Shown in pieces: positions 23,867-38,400 of a stretch of DNA of 64,000 nucleotides (the stretch's first letter is position 1; each line of letters opens with the position of its first letter). Under the pieces are notes generated by a model. The model made no database searches, was not told where the DNA came from, and was given only the letters and a program-made list of their open reading frames with translations. Source of the stretch: Spongospora subterranea f. sp. subterranea (lineage: Eukaryota). The stretch lies in contig JAUGWO010000135.1 of the NCBI GenBank assembly GCA_049724395.1, positions 62,001 to 126,000 of the forward strand. The letters run 5' to 3'. The translations under genes and the position numbers were made by a program.

Positions 23867-25934
23867 CTACGTCATATGAATCGTCGTCATCTCTGCAAAG
23901 AAAACGTTCAGATAGGAAGGGAGACTCTTTCGGAAGAATTCAATTTCGCGAAAAGAGAGAACAATGTCGCAAAAGTTGGGGCAAACATAAACATACGAAG
24001 ACGTTGAAGATGATGACGACGATGAGATATAAGTTCTATCAATGCGTCTGCGCAACATTCGCCGTCGGCTGCTTCCGATGTTATTCTGAGGTGGGCTCCT
24101 AGCTGACTCTGCACGGACATGTCGCTGTCTTCTTGATCGGCGATCACGCTCGATATCTCTCATTGCATCATCAACAATAATAGTGCACCTGAATGGCGAT
24201 CGTCAATATTCAAAATACTGAATGCAGAATTAATTTCACTACAGAAACTGTCTCAAAAAAACCTAAAAAAAGAAACGAATTGATATTTACACGTTTAACA
24301 ACATCCTCCGCAACTGTCTTATTGAGCGTCTGCGTCGTTCTTTCTTCTTTTTATCTGGATATTGTTTCTGAGATAGCAACTGCAACGCGCCGGCAATGCT
24401 ATCACCCTAAAATGAACAGAAAAATGAATACGAGTCGGATCTTAGCTTTGATGGGATACCTGCGCAATAACAAACGAAGGCGGTCTGGATCCAGAGTGGG
24501 TTTTCTTCTTCATTTGGTCAACACTTGGCTCAATCAAAATCACAGGTTGTCGGTCATTTTCCGATAAAGTGATACAATGCTCAGCAATTGTCAACGACAG
24601 CAGTTTGTTAGTTGTTGCCGATGAGGCATTTCTGAGAATCAATGTAAGTTCGTCATTGGTCACTAAACCTGCACTATTACGCTGTGCTGTAACCTTGATA
24701 ATTTGACTCGCTAGCATCTTCCATGATCTGCGATGATTTGATTCCTGAAATGTCTACATGATCCTATGACGAACGATTAAAGAATTGGTCCAGTATTGAC
24801 GGCGACAATACCATTACATAATTAGAGGCACTATCACATGACGTGTCGAGATAGGCTGACCAAGAATCCAGGCCACCTACCGCACCCAAATCACTACCGC
24901 GATCCCCCGCAAACGACGATGTCAAACTCTCTGGTGGGCGTAAGAGAGAGGTATCATTACTATACAAACAAAGCCGACTGTTAGAACGGCGAATATTCAT
25001 GCCAAAACCGTACTGTCAGAAACTGTTAAAACTATTTTCAAGAAATGAACCTCAAAAGTGTTTCCTCTGGCACTGATAGAGCCTCACTATGGTCATAATC
25101 AGGGAAACTGATATTACCTAACGTTTGGTTTACGATCAAGAATACGGCGCTGCCGAGGCGATGCAGGTTTTGCTTTTCCTGTTACTAATGAATGGCGATA
25201 GAGTGAAAAGTACGAGTCGTACTCACCTGATAAATCCGAATCAGACTGTTCCCCCTTAAATGCTGACCGGGTTTCCAAAACTAGCGCTGGACTTTCCAGA
25301 TGTTCTATACGATGCTTTCCAGCTCGTGCAGCGCTGACATTGGCCTGTTCCGGTTTACAAGTGAAATATTTTCGGTAAAATGAACGCCAACCTTTAGACA
25401 TGCTATCGACGGTCGACGAGCAGCAGGTATTATCTGATGGCGTATTAGCCTCACCACAGCTCTCAATATTACTGGTCATATGCCTTTGGTGTTGACGTTC
25501 AGGGACTGAAACCAGAACAGACTTCGACCTATATGAAACGTTCGAAAACAAGTCAAAATCAACAATAATCCTGTATACCTAATGTGAGGATGTCCATAAT
25601 ATCTGACTCCAAAATCTGATGATCCTTCGGGAATCGAATCCAGTAATGGATTCTCCAGCTGCTCTAAAAGGTCTGGAGGGTCATCTCCATCGTCAGCGTC
25701 GTCATCATGCGGGGCACGAGATATCTGCGATATTGAAGATAAGGTGTGAATGTGACGTGATCGATGATTCCACTTGGGGGAGCGCAGAAGAAAACCATCT
25801 GTGGCCGATCCACTAAGGGAGTCCTGGATCTCGGCCATTGAAGGGGAAATCAAGGAGTCGCAATCTCTGAGGCTTATCAGTACATTTTGTCAATTATTCC
25901 TGAAGTACCTGAATATGGACGAACGCGTGCCCAT
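23867..25934 (-). CDS. Hypothetical multi-exon protein, Ser/acidic-rich; boundaries approximate
   Basis: A chain of same-strand ORFs separated by intron-sized gaps. No recognisable domain. Confidence 0.5.
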
Positions 25935-26182
25935 AAAAACATCTCAAAGGACAAAAACCCGTATAAAATCCACTAACGTGATGAATATCGGCTGAGTGAA
26001 AAAGGTATTTAATTAATTACGTAGGTTTGGCTAATGAACCGAAGCGACAATATCGGGGCAAATAGGGATTGGTCTGAGTACTGGCAATGTACTGGCCTCA
26101 GTTTGATACAAGGCTTGGAAGATTAATACAAAAATATAAATATGATGTTGTCGCCAAGGGGATGGTCATTTCTGCACAGTGG

Positions 26183-27455
26183 TTAGTCGAGACTTGAGGC
26201 GATATATTGGTCGAAAAGGCTATCTAATAGCTCCATAAACCAGGTTTCTTTTTCAACCCAGTTAATAATCCGACATGTTTCAATGTCTCCTTCAACAAAA
26301 ATATCAATTTTGAGAAAAAAATCATCATTAGAAGTAAAACCTGTAATTTGAATCATCCTTTCAATTTCTTGTCCGCGAGCGTTGACCATTTCCCTGCAAT
26401 GTGATCGCAGTCCCGTTGTAATATGTAATACCAGCGATAGATCACGGCTCAACTCAGCAAACCGGAGCCGGAACTGATCCAGGGCCATAGTTTGCGCATC
26501 GGATAATTTCAGATGAGACCTTAACTCATCCCCTTCACGACTGCATAACAGCCATAATGCTTCTGCGGGATTGCCGCTACCAAAACAAATTGTGCTCTCC
26601 ATTAGCTCCAGGTATTCCTCAAACATGTTTTCTCGGGCCCGGCAATTTTTCGTCAACGTTTTTAATAGTGTTGAAAGCGAGTCCTGCCATAAAATCAGTT
26701 AAAAGATGGAGCTCTGTTGAAAAAGGCAAAGTTACAGGTTGCGATGTTGGGCTGTGTTTGGGTCGTTGAAGTTGTTCTTGAATCGCACGGATAGTATCCA
26801 TATGAATAGTTTTACACCTTTCGAGGTCGGTCTCAAACTGCCGCTCCTTGATAACATTTTTAGACAATGATCGTTCATCGTTGAACTGGCCTAAGGTAAA
26901 TCGTCACTAAGGAACATTTTCTAGAGTGTAAGATTTAACCAGCTACCGTTGATAACGTGGGAAAGTTGAGCCTCCTGAGACGCCAATAACCGCAACTGTT
27001 GACTATATGATTGCAACTGCGTCTCAAGATCCGATACATACGCCTTCCTTTTACGTCGTGATCGTCTGGCCCGTTCTTAATGCAGTAGTGAATTTAGAAT
27101 CCGACAAAAAGAATACAAACATCTGTTGAAGCAAACCTGCTTTATTTGCCATCTTCTGTAGAACATCTTTATGTTTATCGGGCACGACCACTGGCAATGC
27201 CGGAGGATTCGATGAAGCCGACGATATTTTGGGGAGACAACTGATATTGATTGCAGACGAAGATGGTGCATTATGCGGCATGATCAGTGACGGTTGCCCT
27301 TTGGATGGGCTGGAAGTATGATCAAGGTGGCAATCCATATAATCAGCGTGATGCCCGTAGGATAATGGATTGGGCATCCGAGTCGGGGAGCCCGGCGAGG
27401 TCGCGCGTTTCCTGTCGAACCACGACCCATGGCCTAGATGACCCTGATTCTCCAT
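26183..27455 (-). CDS. bZIP transcription factor-like
   Basis: Splicing gives KMANKAERARRSRRKRKAYVSDLETQLQSYSQQLRLLASQEAQL, a basic region plus heptad leucines. Confidence 0.75.
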
Positions 27456-28404
27456 GTCCGTCGAAGCAGCACCGAGAAATGGGAACACGACGACACCAAC
27501 GGTGTTAACACCTTTGACGCGGATGTGACCTCCGCAGATGGTAAAGCAACGGATCAACGAGCGCTATGGAAGTTTCACCTTTGGCGTCACAAGTGTTATA
27601 GTAGAGGATGGGCGGAACCCTAAGATCACTTCGCTGAACCTGAGCGGACTGCATTTGTTGCGGGTCCACTGTCCACCCAACGTTCACTTGGGCACTGGCG
27701 GTGTATAGCGAATACCTGAGCACCGCAGGTTTTTGCAGATGCGAGATGGGATGATCTGGCGGCGCGTCACTCTTTCCGGGAGGGGGGGGGCTCGATGACG
27801 AGGGTCGTCCGGTCGTAAATATAAGATCCACATGACGTGTAGCGATGCCCAATAACTCAATCCTTGCCTTAATTGGAGTGTTTTGTTTTGCTTCTGTGGG
27901 ACTTGATTTGTGAATTCACGTTATGGTGGAGCCATGTCTCTTCGCAACATCGACTGCGACAGTTTTGAAAATAAATAATCTCTGTCAACATCTCGGTTTT
28001 TATGATTACGTTTTCGCCTTCGAATACGTTGTGGTTGCTCCGGCAGAACCTTCAGCCGTTCTTGAATATCATTGATGTTGTGAAGCAAAATTCGAAAAGT
28101 GATACCTGTTAACCGCAGCTTCGAAGTAGGAGCCGCACGTGTCGTTAAAGAGTTTCTTCCTTCCAAGCTCCAATATGGTTCTTGAAGTTATTCCAGTATA
28201 TTGTTGAACAAGGAAACCAGATCTGTATAATTCAGCAGCCTAAAATTGCCAGCGAACACCAGGTAGTCGCTTATAGAGTTTTAAGACTGACGCCGATCAC
28301 CCGTCGATGCCGGTTTGCGTATTTAACTGGTCCAAACTTGTAATTTTTTTCAGATATTACACTGTTCGCATTTTATTACTATTTCCAAAAAGGAAGCCCC
28401 AATT

Positions 28405-28888
28405 TTACAGACGTCTGTCTTTCGCCACTGCAATGTGGCAATCGATCGACGGCTCACGAAATTCACGATCATCAAGATAGTCACCGACATCAATACTGGT
28501 ATCGAGATCCAATAATGTCTCTAGAGCAATATTGCTGGACGGAAGGCCGGGCAAGCGTTTAACCTGAAACAATATCGTTAATGAATCTGTTTGGTTTGAG
28601 AAAACTCAGATACAACCTGAGATAGGATGGCCATGTCCATTTGGGCGATTCGGGAAGTTCCGCTTCCATACAAATACTCAAGTTCTTGTAGATGCCCTTG
28701 AAGGGTGTCTTTTATCTTTCAGAACCGAACTTCAATGATATGACAAAACCTGACGACACATATACCTGGGGTTGCAATTCCGGGAGTGATGATAAACCAC
28801 CATTGTATAAGTTTCCGACAGGGAGGGAGTCAATAGTTCGGGTAGCAGTGCCGATGGTAGGGGCGTCAGGTCCAATACGAAATTCCAT
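28405..28888 (-). CDS. UMP1: Proteasome maturation factor UMP1/POMP
   Basis: Three exons give LEYLYGSG..QMDMAILSQVKRLPGLPSSNIALETLLDLDTSIDVGDYLDD. Confidence 0.85.
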
Positions 28889-29583
28889 GGTCAGCAAGAG
28901 CAATATAGGAATGACCGTGTTCAATACACCTTGTCTAACTTCAAACACGCAGCCAAACATACGCTTGTATCATTTTACATACACATAGGTGTACAGCGAC
29001 TTGACTGTTGATGCCCAGTTTGGTGGTTGCAACAAACAGGCTGCATCGGGTTTCGCTTAGTGATTACGCGCTGGAAACTCGTCCAAAGACCCGAATCCAC
29101 CAGCATTTGGATCAGCATCGCGCTATATGTTAGGCTCCTTACCGATATTTTAAAAAAAATCGCCGTCGGTCAACCCTAGGCAACAAGGCAATGAAATTAA
29201 AATGTAAGGTCAAGCCCTGATATGTGAGGGATCCAGCAACTGATGGATCAGCGACCATTCCTCAAATTGATCCGTTACAAATGAGGTAATTGGGGCGAAA
29301 TCTTAAACCAAGAAAGTCGATTGAAAGTCGGCTTTAGCGAGAAGTAAACTTCACATGCATCGATGAATTCATAATAAACACGATCGTTAAAGTCAAAAAC
29401 GCAGAATCCGCATTATTTTATTCGCGCAGAGCCGGTCGTCATGACAACGGAAATGGCACGACAACATCACGATTTTGGAACGATTCAGCAAGTAGTGAAC
29501 GGTCTAAATCGATAACATTGGTATAAAATACAAAGGGTCTAGCTAAAAAGGTAAATGATTTCGTTGAAAAGAGTGCATGTCTG

Positions 29584-30365
29584 CTATGCTGCAAACTTGT
29601 TATTTATAGGAAGTTTCTTTGAGAGTATTTCATATCGACTATCGTCATAAATATCATGTAGAGAGGGATCCGACTCATCCTTGACATAGCTAAATAACAT
29701 CCATACAAAAGCTCAAAATACTTTAAAACAGATCGCTGATTGCAGTACCTCAAACTACGATAAAGGTTCAATGCAGCAGTATTGGTTTTGAAAACAGTCA
29801 AGCAAACTTTCTCCATTGACAGTTTACAACCAGCTAATTCAATTGTCTGCATGAGCATCTAAGCCAATCATTAGCACCAGGATAAATACATCTAGGATTT
29901 GCGTTTACAGTACCCTTCCAAATCTGATTCCTCGAACCTTCTCGACGAGCTGCAATTCGTACACATAGATTTGCGGAATATCCTCCTCTGAATCAAAGCG
30001 AATATGTGCAAATGCAACAGGATCTTGGGCTGAATCCTGGGCAATGATATACCGTGCTTCATGATCCTCCAATTCCGCACGTTTTTTCTTATCATTCCAC
30101 TTCCACTCCTGACCGCCTACAGACAGCTCACAAACACGACAATGGTGACTGACCAAGAGATATTACAATGATCGTATTGCGTCCGCATATTTTGACGTGT
30201 TAAATCCAGTGCCCAAGTTATCTGCTTTGGAGAGAGATCGCATCTATGGTAGTACTTCAAGCGCAAACTAACACCGGATCGGCAAAACTGCGAAAACGCT
30301 GGTATGTACTGAAATATATCCTGGCACTGCCGCGCCGCAGTGACAGCTGCCATACGTGATTTCAT
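29584..30365 (-). CDS. NAA40: N-alpha-acetyltransferase 40 (NatD)
   Basis: WALDLTRQNM..WNDKKKRAEL..ARYII..FAHIRFD..YVYELQL..LTVFKTNTAALNLY..YEILSK. Confidence 0.92.
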
Positions 30366-30703
30366 TGTTAGCGATTTTTCGATAAGCCTAGCGAGAACCC
30401 AACGCCCTGTAACAGCAAATTTGTTCACGATAACGTGGACTTGTGTGCTGCCTGTGTCACGAAATGCTGGGCCGACCCTCATCCACGGACATTTCTATCA
30501 ACGTTTTTCTGGGTTCGAGGGTGGTGTGGAATACAGTAAGTCATTCCTAAAATAAGACATTGGAAAATTGACATAGGGTTCAGGGTCTAAGCTTAAAAGT
30601 TGGCATTTTGGGGTTCAGGGTGTTAATAAGTCTTAAAACACAGCATTTTTTTTGACTGATTCAAAAAGTCTCAAAAACCCAAAAGTCTAAGTTTTCCTAA
30701 CAA

Positions 30704-31360
30704 TTAGACAAATGAATAAATATAATGAGAGCTCTGTTTGGATTTTTGTGGAACCAAGAGCTTTCCAGTGCAATGAACCAACACTAATTTGTTGTTTGAA
30801 CGTGTCGAATCCAACGGCATTGAACGATGCAACGCGACAATCAAACCTATTACTTGCGAATCGAGGATTGGGTGATTGTGGACAGATTTAAGGTCATCCA
30901 TCAACAGATGAGTTTGCGATGCGCAATCAGTGCCTGTGTCGTTTGACACTTCTTCCCACAACAATCGCTCAGCGACCGTGTGCGCGGACAGTCGACAGCA
31001 ATGAAATTAGATCCATTTATTCCTCAATGAAACTCTAACCGAAAAGAATTTGAAGCGTTGACTGCACCTGTTTGATTGAGCCAACCGAAACATCATTATT
31101 CCTGGACGGGGTTAAATTACAGCTCGCCTCCCTTTTGCTCGAAGAGATAGACCCGCCAGACGTGGTGCAAATCACCGACAAATCATCGACGATACGACGA
31201 CAGGGAGTGCAGGTGCGGTCAGGGCGGATGGATCTGAGGGCTGTGTGCCAACCACCCGACCAATTATCGAGCGATTCAACGCGGAGAACTCTTCGTCGAT
31301 CGCGCCGGCTTTGAGCAGGGCGTTCAACTCCTTCAGCTGATCGAAAAACGACTCCAACAT
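30704..31360 (-). other. Broken ORF(s) of unknown function, possibly a pseudogene or TE relic
   Basis: MLESFFDQLKELNALLKAGAIDEEFSAL (SHOCT-like start) followed by frame changes. Confidence 0.25.
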
Positions 31361-32970
31361 GAACCGGCAATGACGTTCGAAGGTTAGACTTGGCCACTCG
31401 CGAGAGCAGTGGAAACCTGGCTGTGCCGGAACTGACCAAGCCATGCCGGGCTGTACAATCCAGATCAAGATGGCGTGCAATGGCCACTGTGTGAGAACGA
31501 AGTGGCCAGAAATATCCCCATAAAATCATTCTATTAAGACTTCTTCGCTGAAATTGGAGGTGTGAATTTAGTGCTGAGAACTAAGACTTTTTGCCAAACT
31601 GATCCGGTGTTGAGGGGTCTTACGGTCCCAATTGAGGATTCGGGCCTTAGTAGAAATAGTCTTGTCACAATGAATTACTGTATCACAACGAATGGAGTTC
31701 TGCGGAAAGTTCTCCCCGGTAAAAATTACAGGTCTCATCGAATTGTCACAATTTTGGCAATGCCATTGAATCCATTACTCCGCGCCTTTTCACGAAAATC
31801 CAGCTTTTCAATTTTTTTGTGAACATATTTGGTGGGAAGTCAAATTTTCCAGGAACTGATAAGGCTTCACGACAACCTAAAATCGCGCGAGTCGAGCAAC
31901 CAAATAAACGTCGTTGAACACTCGTCCCACATCTCGTCTCATCAGGCTATAGCACACAAGAAGCAAGCGACAGCTGCATCGGGCCCGGCGTCAACATCGG
32001 TTCCGCTGTCTGATCCCAGGATGCAAATGCTATCGACACTACTTGTTTATGCTGTACGGTACGAGTTTCGTTAGGAGCTTTCCCAAGTTCTTGCAGATCA
32101 GGCCCTTAAAAAACGAAAACGGTGGGTGTTTTTCGTCTTAGGGTGAATCGGATTGTCGCGCCAATAAATTTTTGGCCAGTGTTGTGGCTTTCATCGTAGT
32201 ATAAGAAAACAGCATATACATACTTGAAGAATTGCTTCCAAAGCCGTGTTGTGTTGGTGACAAATCAGGTGCAGATTGTTAAGTCACGGGCTCGATAAAC
32301 GTACGATTTTCAATTTCTGGTTTAGCGAGTATTTCGAAAAACTATGAACCTGTCCGAAAATTATTACATTGACGAAGGATATCATCTGTTATCCAAACAG
32401 TGCCGAACTTGGGAGACTTGTTGCAAGCCTTCTCGTTGGAACGTCTACAGTTGATGTTAGCTGACACATGTCATGCTCACGTCAGCGACCATACTTGTGG
32501 ACATGTAAAATATTTTCCTGTGAAAAATCTTATAGCATTGACAGAGCAATGAGAAGATGGTGCATGTGTCAGTCACGCTGAATTCGAAAATATTTGGTCA
32601 GCCGTCGGTCGAAATATGCCATATTGGCAAGCGACCTAACCACAGCACAATTTGAAAATGCAACAATAACTTTGCTACAATAACTTTGCTACACTTGGTC
32701 ATAAAGCTAACCAATATGGGTAAATCGGTTTGAAACCTCAAAAATGTGGCTTGTAAGGCGATGAACGTTTGAGTTATATCTGCCAAGTGAATTTGAGTAT
32801 TTGACTGCCGACGACATCCCCGAGGACATTTGTAATTTCCGGAGTCCGTGTACGAAACTGGGAGTTGCCAGCTGGGCCAGTAGGTATTTGAGTTGGGGGA
32901 GAAAGGGGCGGTTGACGAGATTCAACGGGGCGCCGCCGAATCAGTCGGATCACAATTGGGGCTTTGAATT

Positions 32971-33722
32971 ATGGCAACCCTGTATGGTCTAGGATGCTGC
33001 GAAGGGATAAACGCCTACATGTTGAATAAACGGCGTCGGTATTCGGATGACGCCTGGGCTCAGGCCAAGCAAGTGTTGTGTGAATCCAGCACCATATATG
33101 TCGGCAACTTATCATTTTTTACAACTGAAGAACAAGTCTATGAGCTATTTATGCAAGTTGGCCCCGTCGAGAATGTTGTTATGGGTCTTAACTCCAACAC
33201 CAAAGAGCCGTGTGGCTTTGCATTCGTGCATTTCTATGTGCACGAACACGCCCGAGCGGCTGTTAATTATTTGTATTTTATTTTCCATTCGCCTATCTGC
33301 TTTGCGTTAAATGCTTTCTCCCAGAAACGGGCTTAAGCTCGATTCTCGTCCCATCAAAATCGATATTGATCTGGGTTTTGAAGAAGGGCGACAATTTGGA
33401 AGAGGCCGAGCGGGAGGGCAAGTATGGCATCGTTCACAACTCTTATTTTTATTTGGTTTTTATTTTTTCAAAACTCAGGTTCGTGATGAATTCCGTCAAG
33501 ATTACGATTACGGCAGAGGAGGTCGTATAGATGATTCACAATTGTTTGTTCGTGATTTCTCAAACAAAGTGGCATTTAGGTTGGGGCGTCATGAAGCAAG
33601 CGACAATGAACAGACTTGGAGTTCAGGAGCAAGTCGTTATCCGCCCTCACCCCTCCGCGGCTGCCGATTTTGCCATCAATGAACGATTCCGGAATGGCGC
33701 TTCTGACGATGAAGAGTGTTAG
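32971..33722 (+). CDS. NCBP2: Nuclear cap-binding protein subunit 2 (CBP20)
   Basis: [64 protein letters not shown]. Confidence 0.95.
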
Positions 33723-34702
33723 ATTTGCATTAAATATATCACATCTCCGTGGTTTTTAACGCCTTTGATCAATTTGACAACTGGCCCAATGATATTGACA
33801 TGCCACGAAAAACGCATGTTTTGAGCATTTAGTTATGTATAACATTTGGGATACCGTAGAGGACAAAATAAACCCACAAGCTTTTTGGCATTTGTGGAGT
33901 CAAACGTATTCTTCACGAAATTTGAATTTTGGAGATATGTGGCCCTTCCAAAACACAAAAATACCTTGTGTTCAAAGGTTTGCAACAAACACCGAAAAAC
34001 GAATGCAGCAACTTCAAGTATGGTCTCATTTTTTTTTCGACATTTTCACGCTTTTTGGCGGTTTTCGGGGCCCAGAAACTCGTCCTTGCACCTGATGGAG
34101 TCCCAAATCTTCATGCTAAACGAGGTTAATCAATTGGCAGCGGAACACAGGCTCTAAAGATAGAACAGAGCGTCATTGGCAATGCAAAGGTTTAACAGTT
34201 TTTAGCCTGTACAGGGGACTTAAGAGGGTACTGTACTCCAAAAGTGCAAAACCGGCGTTTGATGTAACTTCCCCAACAATTTTGATGGGGTTGCTCCCTG
34301 ATTGGCCCGGTATCCTTCGTTTCAACTGTTGGCATCCCCCCTGCCCATGTATGACCCTGTCACATAAATCGCCCACACCTGACCCGTATCCCCCTCTCCC
34401 ACAGTCGCATGACAATCTCCAGCTGTCTGTCGTTACTGCATCATGATGGACGGCGGCCGTCTCAGTCCATCAGCATTCTCCGGGTCCCAGCCCAGGTAGA
34501 TGGCTTGGTTTGCCTCTCTCCTTCAACCATTGATGTGTGTACACTTATGAGTGCGGCCCCGTGGTTGATCTGGTTGCTTGAGTGGTTCCCTAGTTGCCGG
34601 CTACCGCATCTTATCATTCCTTGTCGTTCCATAATCGGTGTACACTCTTCACTCCGCTTTGGTTGTTTCAAAAGACAGGGACTAAATCGCCAAAATTGGC
34701 CA

Positions 34703-36669
34703 ATGATCATATCGAGGATATGTCGGCGGGCCACTTTTTCGTCCTCTGCCAGGGCTAGTATTCAGCAGTCGCAAACCACTACAATTTCGACGCCGGTTTC
34801 GCTCGATTCTGGTTTGTATCACAATATCTGTCATGATTGCTAGTGATTTTTTATTTTTTAATTTAGCATTAAAGCCCAAGGAAATTGTTCAAAACCTGGA
34901 GAGATTCGTCGTCGGCCAAGCCGATGCGAAACAGGCTGTTGCGATTGCTTTGAGAAATCGGTAGATTAACATATATTTACGACGCATTTGCATTGGCAAT
35001 TTCATTACTTACTCCTCTTTAGATGGCGTCGGATGCAACTTTCGGATCAGATGATGAACGAAGTTATGCCCAGAAATATATTGATGATAGGTCCTACCGG
35101 TTGTGGCAAGACCGAGATAGCCAGGCGCTTAGCGACTTTAGCTCAAGCTCCTTTTTTGAAAGTCGAAGCCACCAAATTCACAGGTATTTTGATCACCTCA
35201 CGGTCTCATCGTTTGCTAATATTTTCCAATAGAAACGGTATTAAGGGCCAATCACTGTATTGATGATATTGACGCGCTGCCCTAGGGATTTCATGGTCGT
35301 GATGTTGATCAAATACTACGGGATTTGATCGAGGCTTCTATCATCTTGTTGCGTCAACAACGAAGGAAAGTGTGTGAAAGCCAAGTAAAAGAAATTGTAG
35401 ACGAGAAAATTTTAGCTTGTCTGGCAGGTGATAACGTCCAACATAAGAACGCCTTCAGGTGGAACGCATGAAGATAATCTGTAACCTGACACTTAATAGA
35501 TTATTAGGAAGATGTTACGGGAAGGCAGGCTTGAACAACAGACAATATCAGTCGATGTACCTGCAAGAGACATCCCCGATAAAATTGAATCGTCAAAAGA
35601 TCAGCCCGATATAATTACTAGTATAAAGAAGTTAGTAGCAAAAAAGATTGTTCGAACAGATATGACCGTTGCCCAAGCCCGCCCCATTCTCCAGGTGACC
35701 TTTCCTATTCTATTTGTTAAACCATGTGGTTATTCTGCTGTATCAGGATAATGAATCGGATCGGCTACTAGACACTGGAGATTTAGTCGCCGAAGCTATA
35801 AAACTTGCTGAGAGGCACGGAATTGTGTTCATTGACGAAATTGACAAGATTTGTTCTTCTCGAGATGCACATAGATCATCCGCAGACGCATCTGCGGAAG
35901 GTTGATGATATATGATTTGTTTGATTTTTTTATGTAATTAACCTCAATTCAGGTGTTCAAAGAGATCTTCTGCCGTTGATTGAGGGGTCGGTTGTTAATA
36001 CAAAATATGGGAATATATCTACAGACCATATGTTAGATTTTCACATCCCAACAAGTTGAGTCACTTTGTCACCGTCTTTTGTATAGTCTTTTCATCGCAA
36101 GCGGTGCATTTCATTCATGCAAGCCGAGCGACATGTTGGCTGAGCTACAAGGTCGGCTACCAATACGTGTAGAACTGAAAGGACTTGAAGTAACATGGAT
36201 ATTTGTATGGCGCAATTCCCAATTGATTTGTGTTTGTCAGGAATCTGATCTTTTTCGAATACTGACGGAACCCGAGTTTAGTTTGATTAAACAACAGGTA
36301 ATGCAATTGCAGTTGCTGAGAAGTTGTACACTTTTTGACTTTCCTCGAAGGTTGCCCTTATGAAGGCAGAAAATGTGGATTTATCTTTTTCCGATGATTC
36401 GGTTCGCGAGATTGCTAGAATCGCCGCGTCGGTTAATAGATCTGTAAGCACGCTTTATCACATGGCAACTGGTTTCTTATTTCGGTTAGGTTGAAAACAT
36501 TGGCGCTCGCCGCCTACATACAGTCATTGAAAGAATCGTTGCAGATATCAGTTTTAATGCTCCAGATTACGATGACGATCAGCGCAAGATAGTTATTGAT
36601 GCCGAATATGTACGGGAGCGTCTAGCACCTATGTTGACGAAAACTGACCTGTCCAAATTCGTCCTGTAA
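34703..36669 (+). CDS. hslU: HslU (ClpY) AAA+ ATPase with a mitochondrial-type presequence, intron-containing
   Basis: [87 protein letters not shown] and DLSKFVL*. Confidence 0.97.
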
Positions 36670-37199
36670 ACCTACGTTTCCCTATTATAATTACCAGTAG
36701 ATCAATCTAAATAAACCACTTCATTTTCCTCTCAACGTGTGATTCTTGATGCACTATGTTCAATCGTTTGTTGGTATTCGTCTTTTGGCAGCCTCAGTTT
36801 ACACCTTGCAACCACATGGCGAACTCACAGGAGTAGTCATCTAATCGCCAGCGAAGACCACAAATGCAATTTGTGTGTTCAGGTTCATGTCTGCTGCTAG
36901 TCTATAAGAGCAAACGTCTAGATGATGCGTTTTGAGACGGTAAACATGACTGCATACACAGAACTCATGGTATGGGGTGTTGTAGTTGTCAAACCAACCA
37001 TGACGCGTTGCGAATCATAGAACTAAGTAAGCGGTACATTGGGACATTAGGGTTCAAAACCCCTTCCGGTTTTGTATTGTACAGAGTATAGGAGAGATCT
37101 GAACCGAATTAGGGATCAACAGTAATACTGACACGATATTTGACTACGCAGGTCGAATCTAGAAACCAGGACTTGTACAGTGCGGGCAGTCTTAAACAG

Positions 37200-38400
37200 A
37201 CAACTTGTCTAATTGCCCATAACTGGTTGGTGAAACTAGGTTCAGTTGCAAGAATTCGCCAAGGCAGCACTTACGTTGACGGACACGACGTTCAGATCTT
37301 GTCGCACATCGAAATCGATTTGTTGAAGAAATGACTGAATGGCAAGCGAATGGAGACATTTGTCCACCCGTCGTCACAGATTCTCCAGAATCCGGCCCCT
37401 TCGGCCTGGTCTCTCTTCTTGGCAGAATCGTCGACTGCCATCATGAGATTGAAATATACATTCGTTCTGAGTAACAAGAACAACTTTTATCTCCGGAAAA
37501 TAGCTCAGGTTGAATACAAATTTCCATTCACCAAATTGATTTCGATGTGCGACAACATCGTAACGTTCGAGTGCGACACACAACATCTGTGCTGCCTTGG
37601 CGATATTCTTGAAACTGAAAACCTAGTTTCACCAACCAGCTACAAATCATATTCAATGTTAACTTGGCTTTTCAGATGAAAATCCATCAATTTCTCAAGC
37701 GAAACTGCTGTCCTTCGTTCAGTGGGAATCGATATTAAAAATGACAAACACGCTGATTTGACATCTTCGTCATCGACCAATGTCTTCGCTTGCTGATACT
37801 TTCCTTGACGCAATAGTTAAAATTCAACTGCTGCAACAAGTACCTATAATAATCTGCTCAATCACGAATTGTCCTGCCACGATAAAAAGCTCCCGATTTT
37901 CCAAACACGATGTCGGCAACCAAACCAAATGAATTGACTCTACTGCGAGGGTTAATATTCTTTTAACATCCGAAGGATTCCTAAAATTGCGAGAAGAGAG
38001 TCAAATCCAGCGATGTCCTTACAGGCCGTCTGCTTTTTCGCATTATGTCCATCGGGATTCATCGACTCCATTTCGGTAACTGCTACATCATTACCATCCT
38101 TCTGCAATGTATCACCAGAGGTAGCATTCAACCTGTTCCAGCTTCATTAGCCCCTGACAAGCAATGATCATTTTCCGAACAGTGCTGATGAATTCGTCTT
38201 TGTGAGAAAATGTGTAGATCTTCGGACAGTCAGAAAAAGAGCGACGCTGCTCTTGTTGCTTATGCTTGTTTCCAAACATCTTAGCCCTGCTGTCTCCATA
38301 GAATATCCAGCTTCAGGATTCCATTTGATCCTCAGACTTTGTCTCGACAATTTCGTTATCAAACGCAATGCCGTCAATATCAAAGTCGTCATCACTGACT
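37200..38400. mobile_element. Degenerate DDE DNA-transposase fragments (YxDGHERxDV / HDES family, IS630-Tc1-related) on both strands
   Basis: Minus strand: QGKYQQAKTLVDDEDVKSAC, ERYDVVAHRNQF, VLVTQNECIFQSHDG..RPGRRGR. Plus strand: WLVKLG..TYVDGH..DLVAHRNRF. Confidence 0.65.
37223..37639. repeat. Diverged inverted repeat, arms about 100 bp
   Basis: 37223-37322 matches the reverse complement of 37532-37639 (shared blocks ctggttggtgaaactaggtt, tcgccaaggcagcac, tgtcgcacatcgaaatc). Confidence 0.85.

Noticed and set aside
28405..36669. UMP1 and hslU as a proteolysis gene cluster
   Set aside because: They act in different compartments, unrelated genes lie between them, and there is no hslV. Proximity is probably chance.
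34703..36669. hslU as bacterial contamination or recent HGT
   Set aside because: It has many spliceosomal introns and a targeting presequence, and mitochondrial HslU is known in many protists.
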